A stretch of DNA of 25,662 bases from a virus (Duplodnaviria; Caudoviricetes), in IMG/VR virus record IMGVR_UViG_3300049731_000149, positions 1 through 25,662 of that record; one strand, 5' to 3'. Below, piece by piece: positions 8,423 to 15,990 of the stretch. The position numbers and the translations under genes were made by a program. The notes beneath the pieces are model-generated. The model ran no database searches. It worked only from the letters and a program-made list of their open reading frames with translations, and had not been told where the DNA came from. The first letter of the stretch is position 1. The number at the start of each line of letters is the position of its first letter.

Positions 8423-8940
8423 TGCCGCCGCCGGTGAACTGGATTGAAGATCAGAATCCGTTTCGCCTCTCGACGCCGCCGTACTGGTGGTTGCGTCGGC
8501 TGGCCGAAATCGATCCGGCCCTGCGCATCCTGCCGGCGCTCAACAATTTTTGCTACATCGTCGGACGCAAAACGCCCCGCGCGAAGCAGCTGCGCTGGCT
8601 GACCAACGTCGCGAAGTTCACCGACAACCGCGGCGAACAGCAACGCTTGATTGCGCATGCGTGCGTCTACGTGAAAACGCTCACGACGTTCGACATTGCC
8701 GGCGAGAACTTTTTCGGCTGGTTGCAGGCCGCGGATAGCTGGAACCCCGCGAATCGCGCCGCCCCGTCGATTGACGTGGCGATTGACCGCACCATCGACG
8801 CCATCGACGCGAAAGAAGCCCGCGACGCGGCGCGGCAGGATGCCGCCATCGCGGATGAAGCAGAGATGCGGGGTAGTTCCGCCTACACCGCATTGCTCCT
8901 CAGGCGCGGAAACATGACGTTTGTGCAGAACCCACACTAA
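8422..8940 (+). CDS. Hypothetical phage protein (172 aa)
   Basis: GGGAGG SD; GTG overlaps the previous TAG; helical C-terminus. Confidence 0.78.
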   Translation: MPPPVNWIEDQNPFRLSTPPYWWLRRLAEIDPALRILPALNNFCYIVGRKTPRAKQLRWLTNVAKFTDNRGEQQRLIAHACVYVKTLTTFDIAGENFFGWLQAADSWNPANRAAPSIDVAIDRTIDAIDAKEARDAARQDAAIADEAEMRGSSAYTALLLRRGNMTFVQNPH

Positions 8941-8996
8941 CCGAGCGTGCGACTGTCCCGGCTGCACGGCGGGCCTCGCACAAGGAGACGTGCTCA

Positions 8997-9467
8997 ATGG
9001 CTCTCTCACTCGAAGATGCTGTCAAGGTCAAAGAAAAGTGCCGCGCGGAATCGCGGAAGCCCAAAACACAGGGCCTCATCAAAGCCCTGTTTATGTATAT
9101 CGCCCAGCACAAGAACAATCCGAAGTTGCAGCTGGTGCCGTTCGACGCCATCTCGAGCGCGACGACCGGTTCCGGCGTCGTGATGGCGGATGTGGCGTGC
9201 CGGCTCTATGGCGTGTTCGTGAAATCGCCCACGGGCTCGTCCGCGACGACCTACTTCAAGATCACCGACGACGAAACCACGGCCTCAGGCACCGCATTCG
9301 ATATCGGCATCGGCGTCGCGGCCACCATCGAACACTTTCTCGCGTTTCCTGATGGGAAGGTGATGGCCAACGGCGTCGCCGTCATGGCGAACACGGCGAT
9401 TGACGGGTCAACCGGTTCCTCGTCCGCCGACCGACCGAGCGGATTCGTGATCGTCGGCGGCTCCTAA
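8997..9467 (+). CDS. Probable capsid decoration/accessory virion protein (156 aa)
   Basis: AAGGAG SD. Basic helical N-terminus followed by a Thr/Ser/Gly-rich beta-sandwich-like domain. Function is inference. Confidence 0.65.
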   Translation: MALSLEDAVKVKEKCRAESRKPKTQGLIKALFMYIAQHKNNPKLQLVPFDAISSATTGSGVVMADVACRLYGVFVKSPTGSSATTYFKITDDETTASGTAFDIGIGVAATIEHFLAFPDGKVMANGVAVMANTAIDGSTGSSSADRPSGFVIVGGS

Positions 9468-9490
9468 GCCGCCGCAGCAGTGCCGTTCGC

Positions 9491-9596
9491 CCTTGGCCGC
9501 ACACCGGGGCAATCGGTAGGCCGCGCCGGGATTCTTCGCCGTCCCGGCGCGGCTCCCCTTCACGGCGAAGCGGCGGTAGGGGCCGCAATGCCGAGG
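9491..9596 (+). ncRNA. Candidate structured RNA with pseudoknot (family unknown)
   Basis: Closing stem CCTTGGC/GCCGAGG, hairpin ACCGG/TCGGT, and a 12-bp perfect stem 9520-9531/9542-9553 whose loop CTTCGCCG is complementary to CGGCGAAG at 9563-9570. Confidence 0.45.
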
Positions 9597-9601
9597 ACAC
9601 C

Positions 9602-10018
9602 ATGATTCGCGATTACAACGTCGATCCGACCTACAGTCAATTTGCGCGTCAGACGATTGCCCTGACTGTCAACGAAGGCGCGTCCGTCTCGGCCGTGGCC
9701 GTCTGTGGGTTTCGGTCCGAGATGGCCGGCACGATCATCAGTGCGATTTTTCGCTGTAACACTCTGACCGACGCGGACGATTCAGCGCGTGTCGACGTGC
9801 ACAAGAACGGCGTGTCAATTCTGTCGGCCGCGGTCGACCCGACGACGGCCTCATCCACGACCACCTTCACGCTGACCGATACCGACCTCGCGGACGGCAC
9901 GCTGATTACCGGCGTGGTCACCACCGGCGCGGGTGATGCGATCCGCGGCTACTTTCAATTTGAAATTCGGCCCGACCTGGGCAGCGAAGAACTGACCAGT
10001 CCGATTTCGAACAGCTAG
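9602..10018 (+). CDS. Beta-sandwich virion accessory protein (138 aa)
   Basis: GAGGA SD. Pattern AGTIISA...ARVDVHKNGVSILS...LADGTLITGVV resembles all-beta domains of phage fibre/decoration proteins. Confidence 0.65.
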   Translation: MIRDYNVDPTYSQFARQTIALTVNEGASVSAVAVCGFRSEMAGTIISAIFRCNTLTDADDSARVDVHKNGVSILSAAVDPTTASSTTTFTLTDTDLADGTLITGVVTTGAGDAIRGYFQFEIRPDLGSEELTSPISNS

Positions 10019-10028
10019 GAGGCGAGTC

Positions 10029-10424
10029 GTGATGATTGGCTCGAGTGCGCAAGCCACACTGCGCAACTTCTATCGCGACGTCTCGACAAATTGGAGCGTC
10101 GCCACGACCGACACCGGGACGGCCACGAGAATCGCCGGCAAAACCGGATTCACGATGTTCGTTCAGCGCGTGAACATTTACATCGAAGCGGCTGGGGCCG
10201 TGACTTATATCCTGCGGTCCGAAGACGATACCGTCGAAATCGCACGTGTGCCCGCGTCCTCGACGGTCGGCAATCTCTTGACCTACGACTACGGCGAAGA
10301 AGGCAAGGCGCTTCCGGAGGGTCAGGGGCTCGAAGCCGCCATTTCTGGGGCTAACAACGGGCTCGAATGCCACGTCGAAGCCTATCTCCGACAGACAAGC
10401 CCGCTCCCACCGTCAGGGCTGTAA
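10029..10424 (+). CDS. Beta-sandwich virion accessory protein (131 aa)
   Basis: AGGAGG SD 6 nt before GTG; alternating beta-strand pattern; abuts the adaptor gene (TAAATG). Confidence 0.65.
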   Translation: MMIGSSAQATLRNFYRDVSTNWSVATTDTGTATRIAGKTGFTMFVQRVNIYIEAAGAVTYILRSEDDTVEIARVPASSTVGNLLTYDYGEEGKALPEGQGLEAAISGANNGLECHVEAYLRQTSPLPPSGL

Positions 10425-11129
10425 ATGGCGACGACGCTGAATTCGATCATCTATCAGGCCCGCAAGGTGCTCCTCGAGGACACGCCGTCGTTCTGGACCG
10501 ACGCCGAGCTTCTCGACATTGCGCTCAACGGCTGTCGCGATTTGTGGAAAGGGATCATCGACGTCTACCAGGATCACTTTCTCACGCTGGATGAATCGAA
10601 TGTGAGCCTCGCCGCCAATGCGACGACAGCTTCCGGGGTGCCGAGTGACCTGTTTCGCGTGAAGTTCATCGAACCACGCGACCGCTCCACCTACATCAAC
10701 ACCTTCTTTTTCCCGCGCGACTATGCCAGCGACGAATTCCGTCGTGCCCGCACCCTCACTGGCCAGGACGCGACGGGCTGCATTTTCTTCTACGATGTGG
10801 TCGGCGCGGGCCCCCCGGTGGCCGCGCCATCGCTCTACATCTCCCCGAAGACCAACGCGGCGCTCAATCTGGCGGTCGGCTACATCGCCGGCATTTCCAG
10901 CAGTTTGACCACCGCGAGTAACAACCCGATTCCCGGCGAAACCGACAATGCGCTCAAAGCCTGGACCATTGCGTGGGCGCGCGCCAAGGACCGCGAGGAC
11001 CGCTCGCCAGATCCCGAATGGTTGAAGGTCTATGGCGACGAAAAACTCGGCATCATCACAGCGGTGACGCCACGCCAGGAAGACGAACCCGATTACGTCG
11101 AGGGGCTGTTCGATGGCTATGAATTTTGA
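10425..11129 (+). CDS. Head-tail adaptor (functional equivalent of P22 gp4 / T7 gp11)
   Basis: N-terminal TLNSIIYQARKVLLE...FWTDAELLDIALNGCRDLW helices, central YISPKT beta domain, C-terminal IPGETDNALKAWTIAWARAKD helix. Size and position are typical. Confidence 0.78.
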   Translation: MATTLNSIIYQARKVLLEDTPSFWTDAELLDIALNGCRDLWKGIIDVYQDHFLTLDESNVSLAANATTASGVPSDLFRVKFIEPRDRSTYINTFFFPRDYASDEFRRARTLTGQDATGCIFFYDVVGAGPPVAAPSLYISPKTNAALNLAVGYIAGISSSLTTASNNPIPGETDNALKAWTIAWARAKDREDRSPDPEWLKVYGDEKLGIITAVTPRQEDEPDYVEGLFDGYEF

Positions 11130-11148
11130 TTCATTGTTGGAGACGAGA

Positions 11149-11610
11149 ATGAAGATGCTGTTTCTTATCCTTGTGCTGCTGGTCAGCACCCCTGCATGGG
11201 CTCAGACGACGAATCCCTGCACGGAACCGATTGGCTTCCAGATGTTGCCCGATGGTGAAGGGCAAGTCTTCGTGCCGCTGACCGAACACACCATGCTCGA
11301 GCCCGATGGGAAAACGCCACGCGTGGGCGAGTATTCCTACGCGCTGTTCAACGAAGGCACCAATCCGGACAATGGCACCCCGATTCAGGGACCAACGACC
11401 GTCCCGAAAAGCGCCTTCGCCTTGGTCGCCGGCACACCGGACTGTTATCAGGCCGATCTTCCGCAGACCATTCCAATGGATGTTCGTTTAGTGGCGGCAT
11501 TAAAAGCTCGCGGACCGAATGGGGAGTCAGGATGGTCCCCCATTTCAAACCCTTTCTCATCAGTGCCCAATGTGCCGAAACCTCCGGGGAAGCCGGCAAT
11601 CCGCCCGTAA
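11149..11610 (+). CDS. Signal-peptide protein with Fn3/Ig-like domain (153 aa; start revised to 11149)
   Basis: GGAGA SD. MKMLFLILVLLVSTPAWA|Q is a classic Sec/SPase I signal. Two Cys; Fn3-like terminal motif LKARGPNGESGWS. Confidence 0.8.
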   Translation: MKMLFLILVLLVSTPAWAQTTNPCTEPIGFQMLPDGEGQVFVPLTEHTMLEPDGKTPRVGEYSYALFNEGTNPDNGTPIQGPTTVPKSAFALVAGTPDCYQADLPQTIPMDVRLVAALKARGPNGESGWSPISNPFSSVPNVPKPPGKPAIRP

Positions 11611-11906
11611 CGATTGCGATTCATACCTTCACGTCGCAGGTGTCGCTGTCGTCGCCTCAGGGCCTCTATGTGACATTCACCGTGGGCGGACCGGTGAAAG
11701 TGTCGTCGTTAGAACTGGACCTGCTGGGCGATGGCTACCCGGAATGGGTTCAGAATTTCCCCGGCGAGCAAGACGGCCGCGAATGGACCGAAGGGAGCGT
11801 CATGCCCTACAAGACCGGGACGTTCGAACTGGTGATGCGCGCGCGAGATGTGCGCAACTGCTTCGCGCAGACCGGCGTCAAGCGCATCGTGACGGTGGTT
11901 CCATGA
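11532..11906 (+). CDS. Ig-like beta domain; independent gene or -1 frameshift extension of 11149..11610
   Basis: Fills 11610-11903; its stop overlaps the next ATG (ATGA). GTFELVMRARD is an Ig/PKD-like strand; two Cys; 79-nt overlap with the upstream gene. Confidence 0.7.
   Translation: MVPHFKPFLISAQCAETSGEAGNPPVTIAIHTFTSQVSLSSPQGLYVTFTVGGPVKVSSLELDLLGDGYPEWVQNFPGEQDGREWTEGSVMPYKTGTFELVMRARDVRNCFAQTGVKRIVTVVP
11547..11556 (+). other. Candidate -1 programmed ribosomal frameshift site
   Basis: AAACCCTTTC gives two overlapping X XXY YYZ heptamers (A AAC CCT, C CCT TTC) correctly phased with 11149..11610. The -1 frame is open to 11906. Confidence 0.5.
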
Positions 11907-12595
11907 ACGCGCTGGTCCTGACGCTCGCGGCACAGGTCATTCTGCCGATGCCGCCCCAGATGACGATCGGCTATTCGCTGCCCGTCACGCAGGATTTGGG
12001 CTGCACTGAGTATTGGGTCAGCACGACCGTGAAGCTGGCCTGGAAACCCGTCGAAGACCACCAGACCATCTTCATCGAGGATATGGTGTTTGCGCAGGAG
12101 GTGCCGCAATTCTGGACGCTCTCGAGCTACGAGATTCACGTCTTCAAGAACGATAAATTCGTCAGCCAAATTGGGGTGCCCCCGCCGGCCACGAGTTACA
12201 CCTACAAAGTCAGCGCGACAGCGACCACGGGCGGGCGCTACTGTTTCAAAGTCTATATGCGCGGCTTCTATGAATTCCTGCACAAGCCGCGCGAGGAAAC
12301 GTGGCACAGCAACGTCATCACGCAGACGTTCCCCGCCGCCACATGGCACACGTTGACATGGCCGCCGGTCCTGGGCATTGAACTGAATGGCTATCAGGTG
12401 CGCGCCACGACCGACCCGGCCTTCATTGATAACTTCCTACTCATCGCGGGTGAAACCGATGAAGTCACCAATCCCTCGGTGACCTTCTATGTGGCCAAGC
12501 CTTACACGGTCTATCAAAAAATCAGTGCCATCAAACTGCTGGACACCGGTCCGCTCCCCAAAACACCCGGCCGCATGACCGTGACGAGGAAATGA
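11903..12595 (+). CDS. Protein with two Fn3-like domains and a short hydrophobic N-terminus (230 aa; start revised from 11519)
   Basis: ATGA coupling. MNALVLTLAAQ; VKLAWKP...SYEIHV...TSYTY...YCFKVYMRG; second repeat TLTWPPV...NGYQVR. Confidence 0.78.
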   Translation: MNALVLTLAAQVILPMPPQMTIGYSLPVTQDLGCTEYWVSTTVKLAWKPVEDHQTIFIEDMVFAQEVPQFWTLSSYEIHVFKNDKFVSQIGVPPPATSYTYKVSATATTGGRYCFKVYMRGFYEFLHKPREETWHSNVITQTFPAATWHTLTWPPVLGIELNGYQVRATTDPAFIDNFLLIAGETDEVTNPSVTFYVAKPYTVYQKISAIKLLDTGPLPKTPGRMTVTRK

Positions 12596-12945
12596 CCATG
12601 CTGACGTTCCTCGTGCTGCTGGTGGCGCAAACCACGCCCACGGTCAAACCGCTCGATTCGTATTGGTCGGCCAGCAGCTGCTTGACGGCGAACACGGTGC
12701 CGAACGCACCCTATACGTTGGCGTGGGATCCACTGCCGAGCCCGCAAGACCTAGTGCAATCCAATGGGAAGACCACGACGTGGACGCTCGTCGACTACGA
12801 ACTCTACATCACGGTGCTCACGCCCGGTAACATGCGCACCTTCACGCCGCGCACGTCAACGACGGAGTACGTCTTCACGACGCCAGAAGCCGGGCAATTG
12901 TGCTTCTCGGTGATGGGCAGAGGCACCTATTTGTATTTGCCGTGA
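12592..12945 (+). CDS. Single Fn3-like domain protein with hydrophobic N-terminus; paralog of domain 1 of 11903..12595
   Basis: MTMLTFLVLLVAQ; C...TLAWDP...WTLVDYELYI...TEYVF...GQLCFSVMGRGTY aligns with the upstream gene. Confidence 0.78.
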   Translation: MTMLTFLVLLVAQTTPTVKPLDSYWSASSCLTANTVPNAPYTLAWDPLPSPQDLVQSNGKTTTWTLVDYELYITVLTPGNMRTFTPRTSTTEYVFTTPEAGQLCFSVMGRGTYLYLP

Positions 12946-12952
12946 GCGAACC

Positions 12953-13174
12953 GTGCCAGGGAAAATCAACATCTACAACCTCGGTCAGCTGGGCGTCGAT
13001 ATTGTCAATGCGCCGTTTCAGGTTGAAGACGGCGCTTTTCTCTCGGCGCAGAACGGACAGATTTCCAACAAGGATGACCAGCTGGCCATCCGCAAACGCG
13101 ATGGCATGAGCAAGGTCAACACCACCGCTGCTGCCGGTACGGTGCTAGCGTTTTTCATGGTTGCGAGTGACTGA
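12953..13174 (+). CDS. Stand-alone N-terminal module of tail nozzle (73 aa)
   Basis: GVDIVNAPFQVEDGAFLSAQNG...AIRKRDGMSKV matches the G..P..i.....N......kR.G start of P22 gp10 / T7 gp12-type proteins. Paralog of the next gene's first ~70 aa. Confidence 0.68.
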   Translation: MPGKINIYNLGQLGVDIVNAPFQVEDGAFLSAQNGQISNKDDQLAIRKRDGMSKVNTTAAAGTVLAFFMVASD

Positions 13175-14388
13175 TGCCTGGGAAGGTCAACATTTACAAC
13201 CCCGGTGCCTTCGGCGTGCAGCGCACCAACAATCCCTTGCAAGTCAAGGACGGCGAACTGCTGTCGTCACAAAACGGCGTGCCGCGCCTCTATCGGGGCC
13301 GACTCGCGTTGTCGAAGCGCGACGGGATGAACAAAATCAACGCGACCACCGCGGCCGGCGCGATTCTCGCGATTTACAACCTCCCCTTCAGCGAGGAAGA
13401 AGAAGTCAGCGGCGATCCGGTGGTGTTCCTTGCCGGCTCGAGCACCGGCACCGACCGGATTCAAACCTCGGAGGATGGCTCGACCTGGACGCTGCGCAAT
13501 GACAACCTGGGCGCGGGCTCCCCCGCGTTCGGGGTGCGCTGCATTGCCTACTCGCCATCGCTCGATCTGCTGGTGGCGGTCGGTCACAACGGGTCGCAGA
13601 ATGCGTGGTTTGCGACGTGTGACAATGCCGACCTCGACACGTGGACCATCGGTACGGCTGGCACCACCCCCGCGGCGCACAATTGGGACACGGTATGTTG
13701 GTCAGAGACACTTGGCCTGTTCGTCGCGATGGCGCAGGTCGCCACACCGAGTAAAATTGCGACCTCCCCGGACGGCACGACGTGGACGTTCCGCACGAAC
13801 GCGCATGCCTCTCACACCTATATCGAAGTGATTTGGGTCGACGCGCTGGGCATCTTCATCGGCATTTCCGATACGGCTGGCAGCACGCGGGGCCACATGG
13901 TGACCTCGCCCGATGGGATCACCTGGACCGAACGCACCTACGATGCGACGGCGACCGCCAGCATGGGCGTCTCCGGCGTTGCATGGTCGGATAGCCAGGG
14001 AGTCGCGGTGGCGTGCGTGCGCTCGACGGGCGTCGGCGTGGCGAACAAGTTTTTCACGTCGCCCGATGGCATCACGTGGACGCGTCGGACCGCGCCCTTC
14101 GACGTCCAATACACTGACGTCGAATGGTCCGCCGATCTGGGCCTGTTCGTCGCGGTCGCGCAAACCGGGACCAACGCGCAACAAATCGCGACCTCCCCGG
14201 ATGGCGTGACCTGGACGGCGCGATCGTGCCCCACCGCGCGCAGCTGGAAATATGTGAAGTGGCGGAGCGCACAGGCGGCATTTTTCATCGTTGGCACTGG
14301 CACCGACAAACTCATCACCTCGACCGATGGCACGACCTGGACGGAAATCTCGACGGCCATCAGCCAAGACTGGCAGGTAGTGATCTGA
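13174..14388 (+). CDS. Nozzle N-terminal module fused to an Asp-box (BNR) beta-propeller; probable receptor-binding protein
   Basis: First ~70 aa repeat the upstream gene, then an EEEE linker and seven repeats: TSEDGSTWT, TCDNADLDTWT, TSPDGTTWT, TSPDGITWT x2, TSPDGVTWT, TSTDGTTWT. Confidence 0.82.
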   Translation: MPGKVNIYNPGAFGVQRTNNPLQVKDGELLSSQNGVPRLYRGRLALSKRDGMNKINATTAAGAILAIYNLPFSEEEEVSGDPVVFLAGSSTGTDRIQTSEDGSTWTLRNDNLGAGSPAFGVRCIAYSPSLDLLVAVGHNGSQNAWFATCDNADLDTWTIGTAGTTPAAHNWDTVCWSETLGLFVAMAQVATPSKIATSPDGTTWTFRTNAHASHTYIEVIWVDALGIFIGISDTAGSTRGHMVTSPDGITWTERTYDATATASMGVSGVAWSDSQGVAVACVRSTGVGVANKFFTSPDGITWTRRTAPFDVQYTDVEWSADLGLFVAVAQTGTNAQQIATSPDGVTWTARSCPTARSWKYVKWRSAQAAFFIVGTGTDKLITSTDGTTWTEISTAISQDWQVVI

Positions 14389-15990
14389 ATGCCGTTCTAT
14401 CTGATTCACGCCAACACGTCGCTGCAAAAGGTCACGCCGGCCGGCGACATCACCACGTTGACGCTGCCCTCTGGTGTCACGATGGTCGACACGCGGCCGG
14501 CACGGTTTGCCACTTTGGCCGGCACCGTCGTGGTCGTCAACGCCGTCTCGAAAAACGTGGCCATCAACGCGGCCACACTCGCCGCGCGCCTGTTGACCAT
14601 CGATGGGCCCTCGGCCGCGCCGACTGTCGCGGCGGCCACGTCCTCCGGCAGCTTTTTCGGCAGTTATCGCTTCGCCTACACCTACGCGATTACCAGTGGC
14701 GACACGGTGCTCTCCGAAAGCCCGTTCTCGCCCATCGCCGGCCCGCTGGTGCTCCAGAATCGCCAAGTGGCCATGTCAGCCGTCACCGTTTCCGGCACGA
14801 GTGGAGTGAATGCGCGCATCATCTACATGACCACCAACAACGGCGAAACCTATTTCGAAGTGGAGCGCATCGAGGACAACACTACGACCTCGGTCACCTT
14901 CGACGGCTCCGATTACGACCTGGGCTTGCTCGCGGAGGCGTCCAGTCACGCCGAGAACCCACCGGGCCACGACACCACCGACCGCTTTCGCATCATTACC
15001 GCCTGGAAAGACCGGCTGTTCGCCAGCCCGGACGACGATCCCGATGATGTGTGGTTCTCCGGCAACCGCGAAGTGTCGTCCTGGGGGGATGTCTTCACCG
15101 TGCCCCCCGCGGGCGAAGACCAGTACGGCGTGACCGCCTTCATGGCGCGACGCGACGAACTGGTGCTGGCGAAACGTCGCCGGCTGTGGAAACTGGTGGG
15201 CGACACGCCCGAAGACTACGAGCAAGTCTCGATTGATCCGGCGGTGGGCGCGATGGTGCAGGAAGGCTGCATCGTCATTGAGGATGTCTGCTATTTCCTG
15301 GGGGAAAACGGGTTTTACGAATACGGCCCGGCGGGTGTCCGCAACCTGTCGCGCGAGAACGTGCATCCCTGGTTCACGAGCGATGATTTTTTCAACCGCG
15401 CCAAATTCGCAAATGCCTTCTGCAAGTACAACGCCTTGTACGACACCATCGAATTGCACCTCGCCGCCGCCGGATCCACCGACATCGACCGGTGGGTCAC
15501 CTACCATCGCGGGAGTCAGCAGTGGTTCGGGCCGCATAAGACGGGGGCCTTCACGCCGACTGCTGGGGCGACGATGGACGACACCAACGGCTTCAATCGC
15601 CCCGTCATTGGCTCGAGCGCCGGATTCATTTACGCCGAAAACTACTCGACGGCTTCGGACGACGGGACGGCGATTGAATTCGATGCGATTCCGAAATGGC
15701 ACAGCGGCAACACGCCCGACATTCAGAAGCTGTTTGGCCAAGCGGCCATCCTCTGCGCGATTGAATCGGGTGGCACGCTGAGTCTGGTCCCGAAAGTGGG
15801 GGGCCTGGACGCTTCGGCCCAGACCACCATTTCGCTCGCGCTCACCAGCGGCCAGCATCGCACCCGGCATTTGGGAACCGGGCGCTTGCTGCAAATGCGG
15901 TTCTACAACAACGAGAACAATCGGGCGGTGATGCTCTACGGCTACGAAGTGCCGTTCCATGAACTGTCGCGGCGGTCGGTAGCGCCATGA
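14389..15990 (+). CDS. Tail nozzle / tail tubular protein B body lacking the usual N-terminal module
   Basis: WKDRLFAS, VWFS, GEDQYGVTAF, CYFLGENGFYEY propeller blades; SYRFAYTY...ESPFSP and ARIIYMT insert; C-terminal DDGTAIEF...WHSGNTPDIQKLF...GRLLQMRF as in P22 gp10-like proteins. Confidence 0.8.
   Translation: MPFYLIHANTSLQKVTPAGDITTLTLPSGVTMVDTRPARFATLAGTVVVVNAVSKNVAINAATLAARLLTIDGPSAAPTVAAATSSGSFFGSYRFAYTYAITSGDTVLSESPFSPIAGPLVLQNRQVAMSAVTVSGTSGVNARIIYMTTNNGETYFEVERIEDNTTTSVTFDGSDYDLGLLAEASSHAENPPGHDTTDRFRIITAWKDRLFASPDDDPDDVWFSGNREVSSWGDVFTVPPAGEDQYGVTAFMARRDELVLAKRRRLWKLVGDTPEDYEQVSIDPAVGAMVQEGCIVIEDVCYFLGENGFYEYGPAGVRNLSRENVHPWFTSDDFFNRAKFANAFCKYNALYDTIELHLAAAGSTDIDRWVTYHRGSQQWFGPHKTGAFTPTAGATMDDTNGFNRPVIGSSAGFIYAENYSTASDDGTAIEFDAIPKWHSGNTPDIQKLFGQAAILCAIESGGTLSLVPKVGGLDASAQTTISLALTSGQHRTRHLGTGRLLQMRFYNNENNRAVMLYGYEVPFHELSRRSVAP

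Noticed and set aside
9468-9601. Known self-cleaving ribozyme or tRNA in the intergenic region
   Set aside because: Could not fit hammerhead, HDV-like, twister or cloverleaf consensus by eye; left as an unknown structure.
9465-9604. Readthrough or frameshift fusing 8997..9467 to 9602..10018 via the pseudoknot
   Set aside because: The genes are in different frames, the pseudoknot starts about 50 nt after the TAA, and no phased slippery heptamer was seen.
11519-11902. 128-aa N-terminal extension of the 358-aa ORF
   Set aside because: Arg-rich off-frame sequence overlapping two better genes; ATG 11903 is coupled by ATGA.
12953-13390. Duplicated gene starts as a diversity-generating retroelement TR/VR pair
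   Set aside because: Differences are not adenine-specific, both copies are N-terminal coding sequence, and no reverse transcriptase is present in the window.
13460-14345. Periodic acctc/gtcgcccgatggc...acctggac repeats as a CRISPR array
   Set aside because: Degenerate at codon third positions and encode Asp-box repeats; spacing too long; no cas genes.
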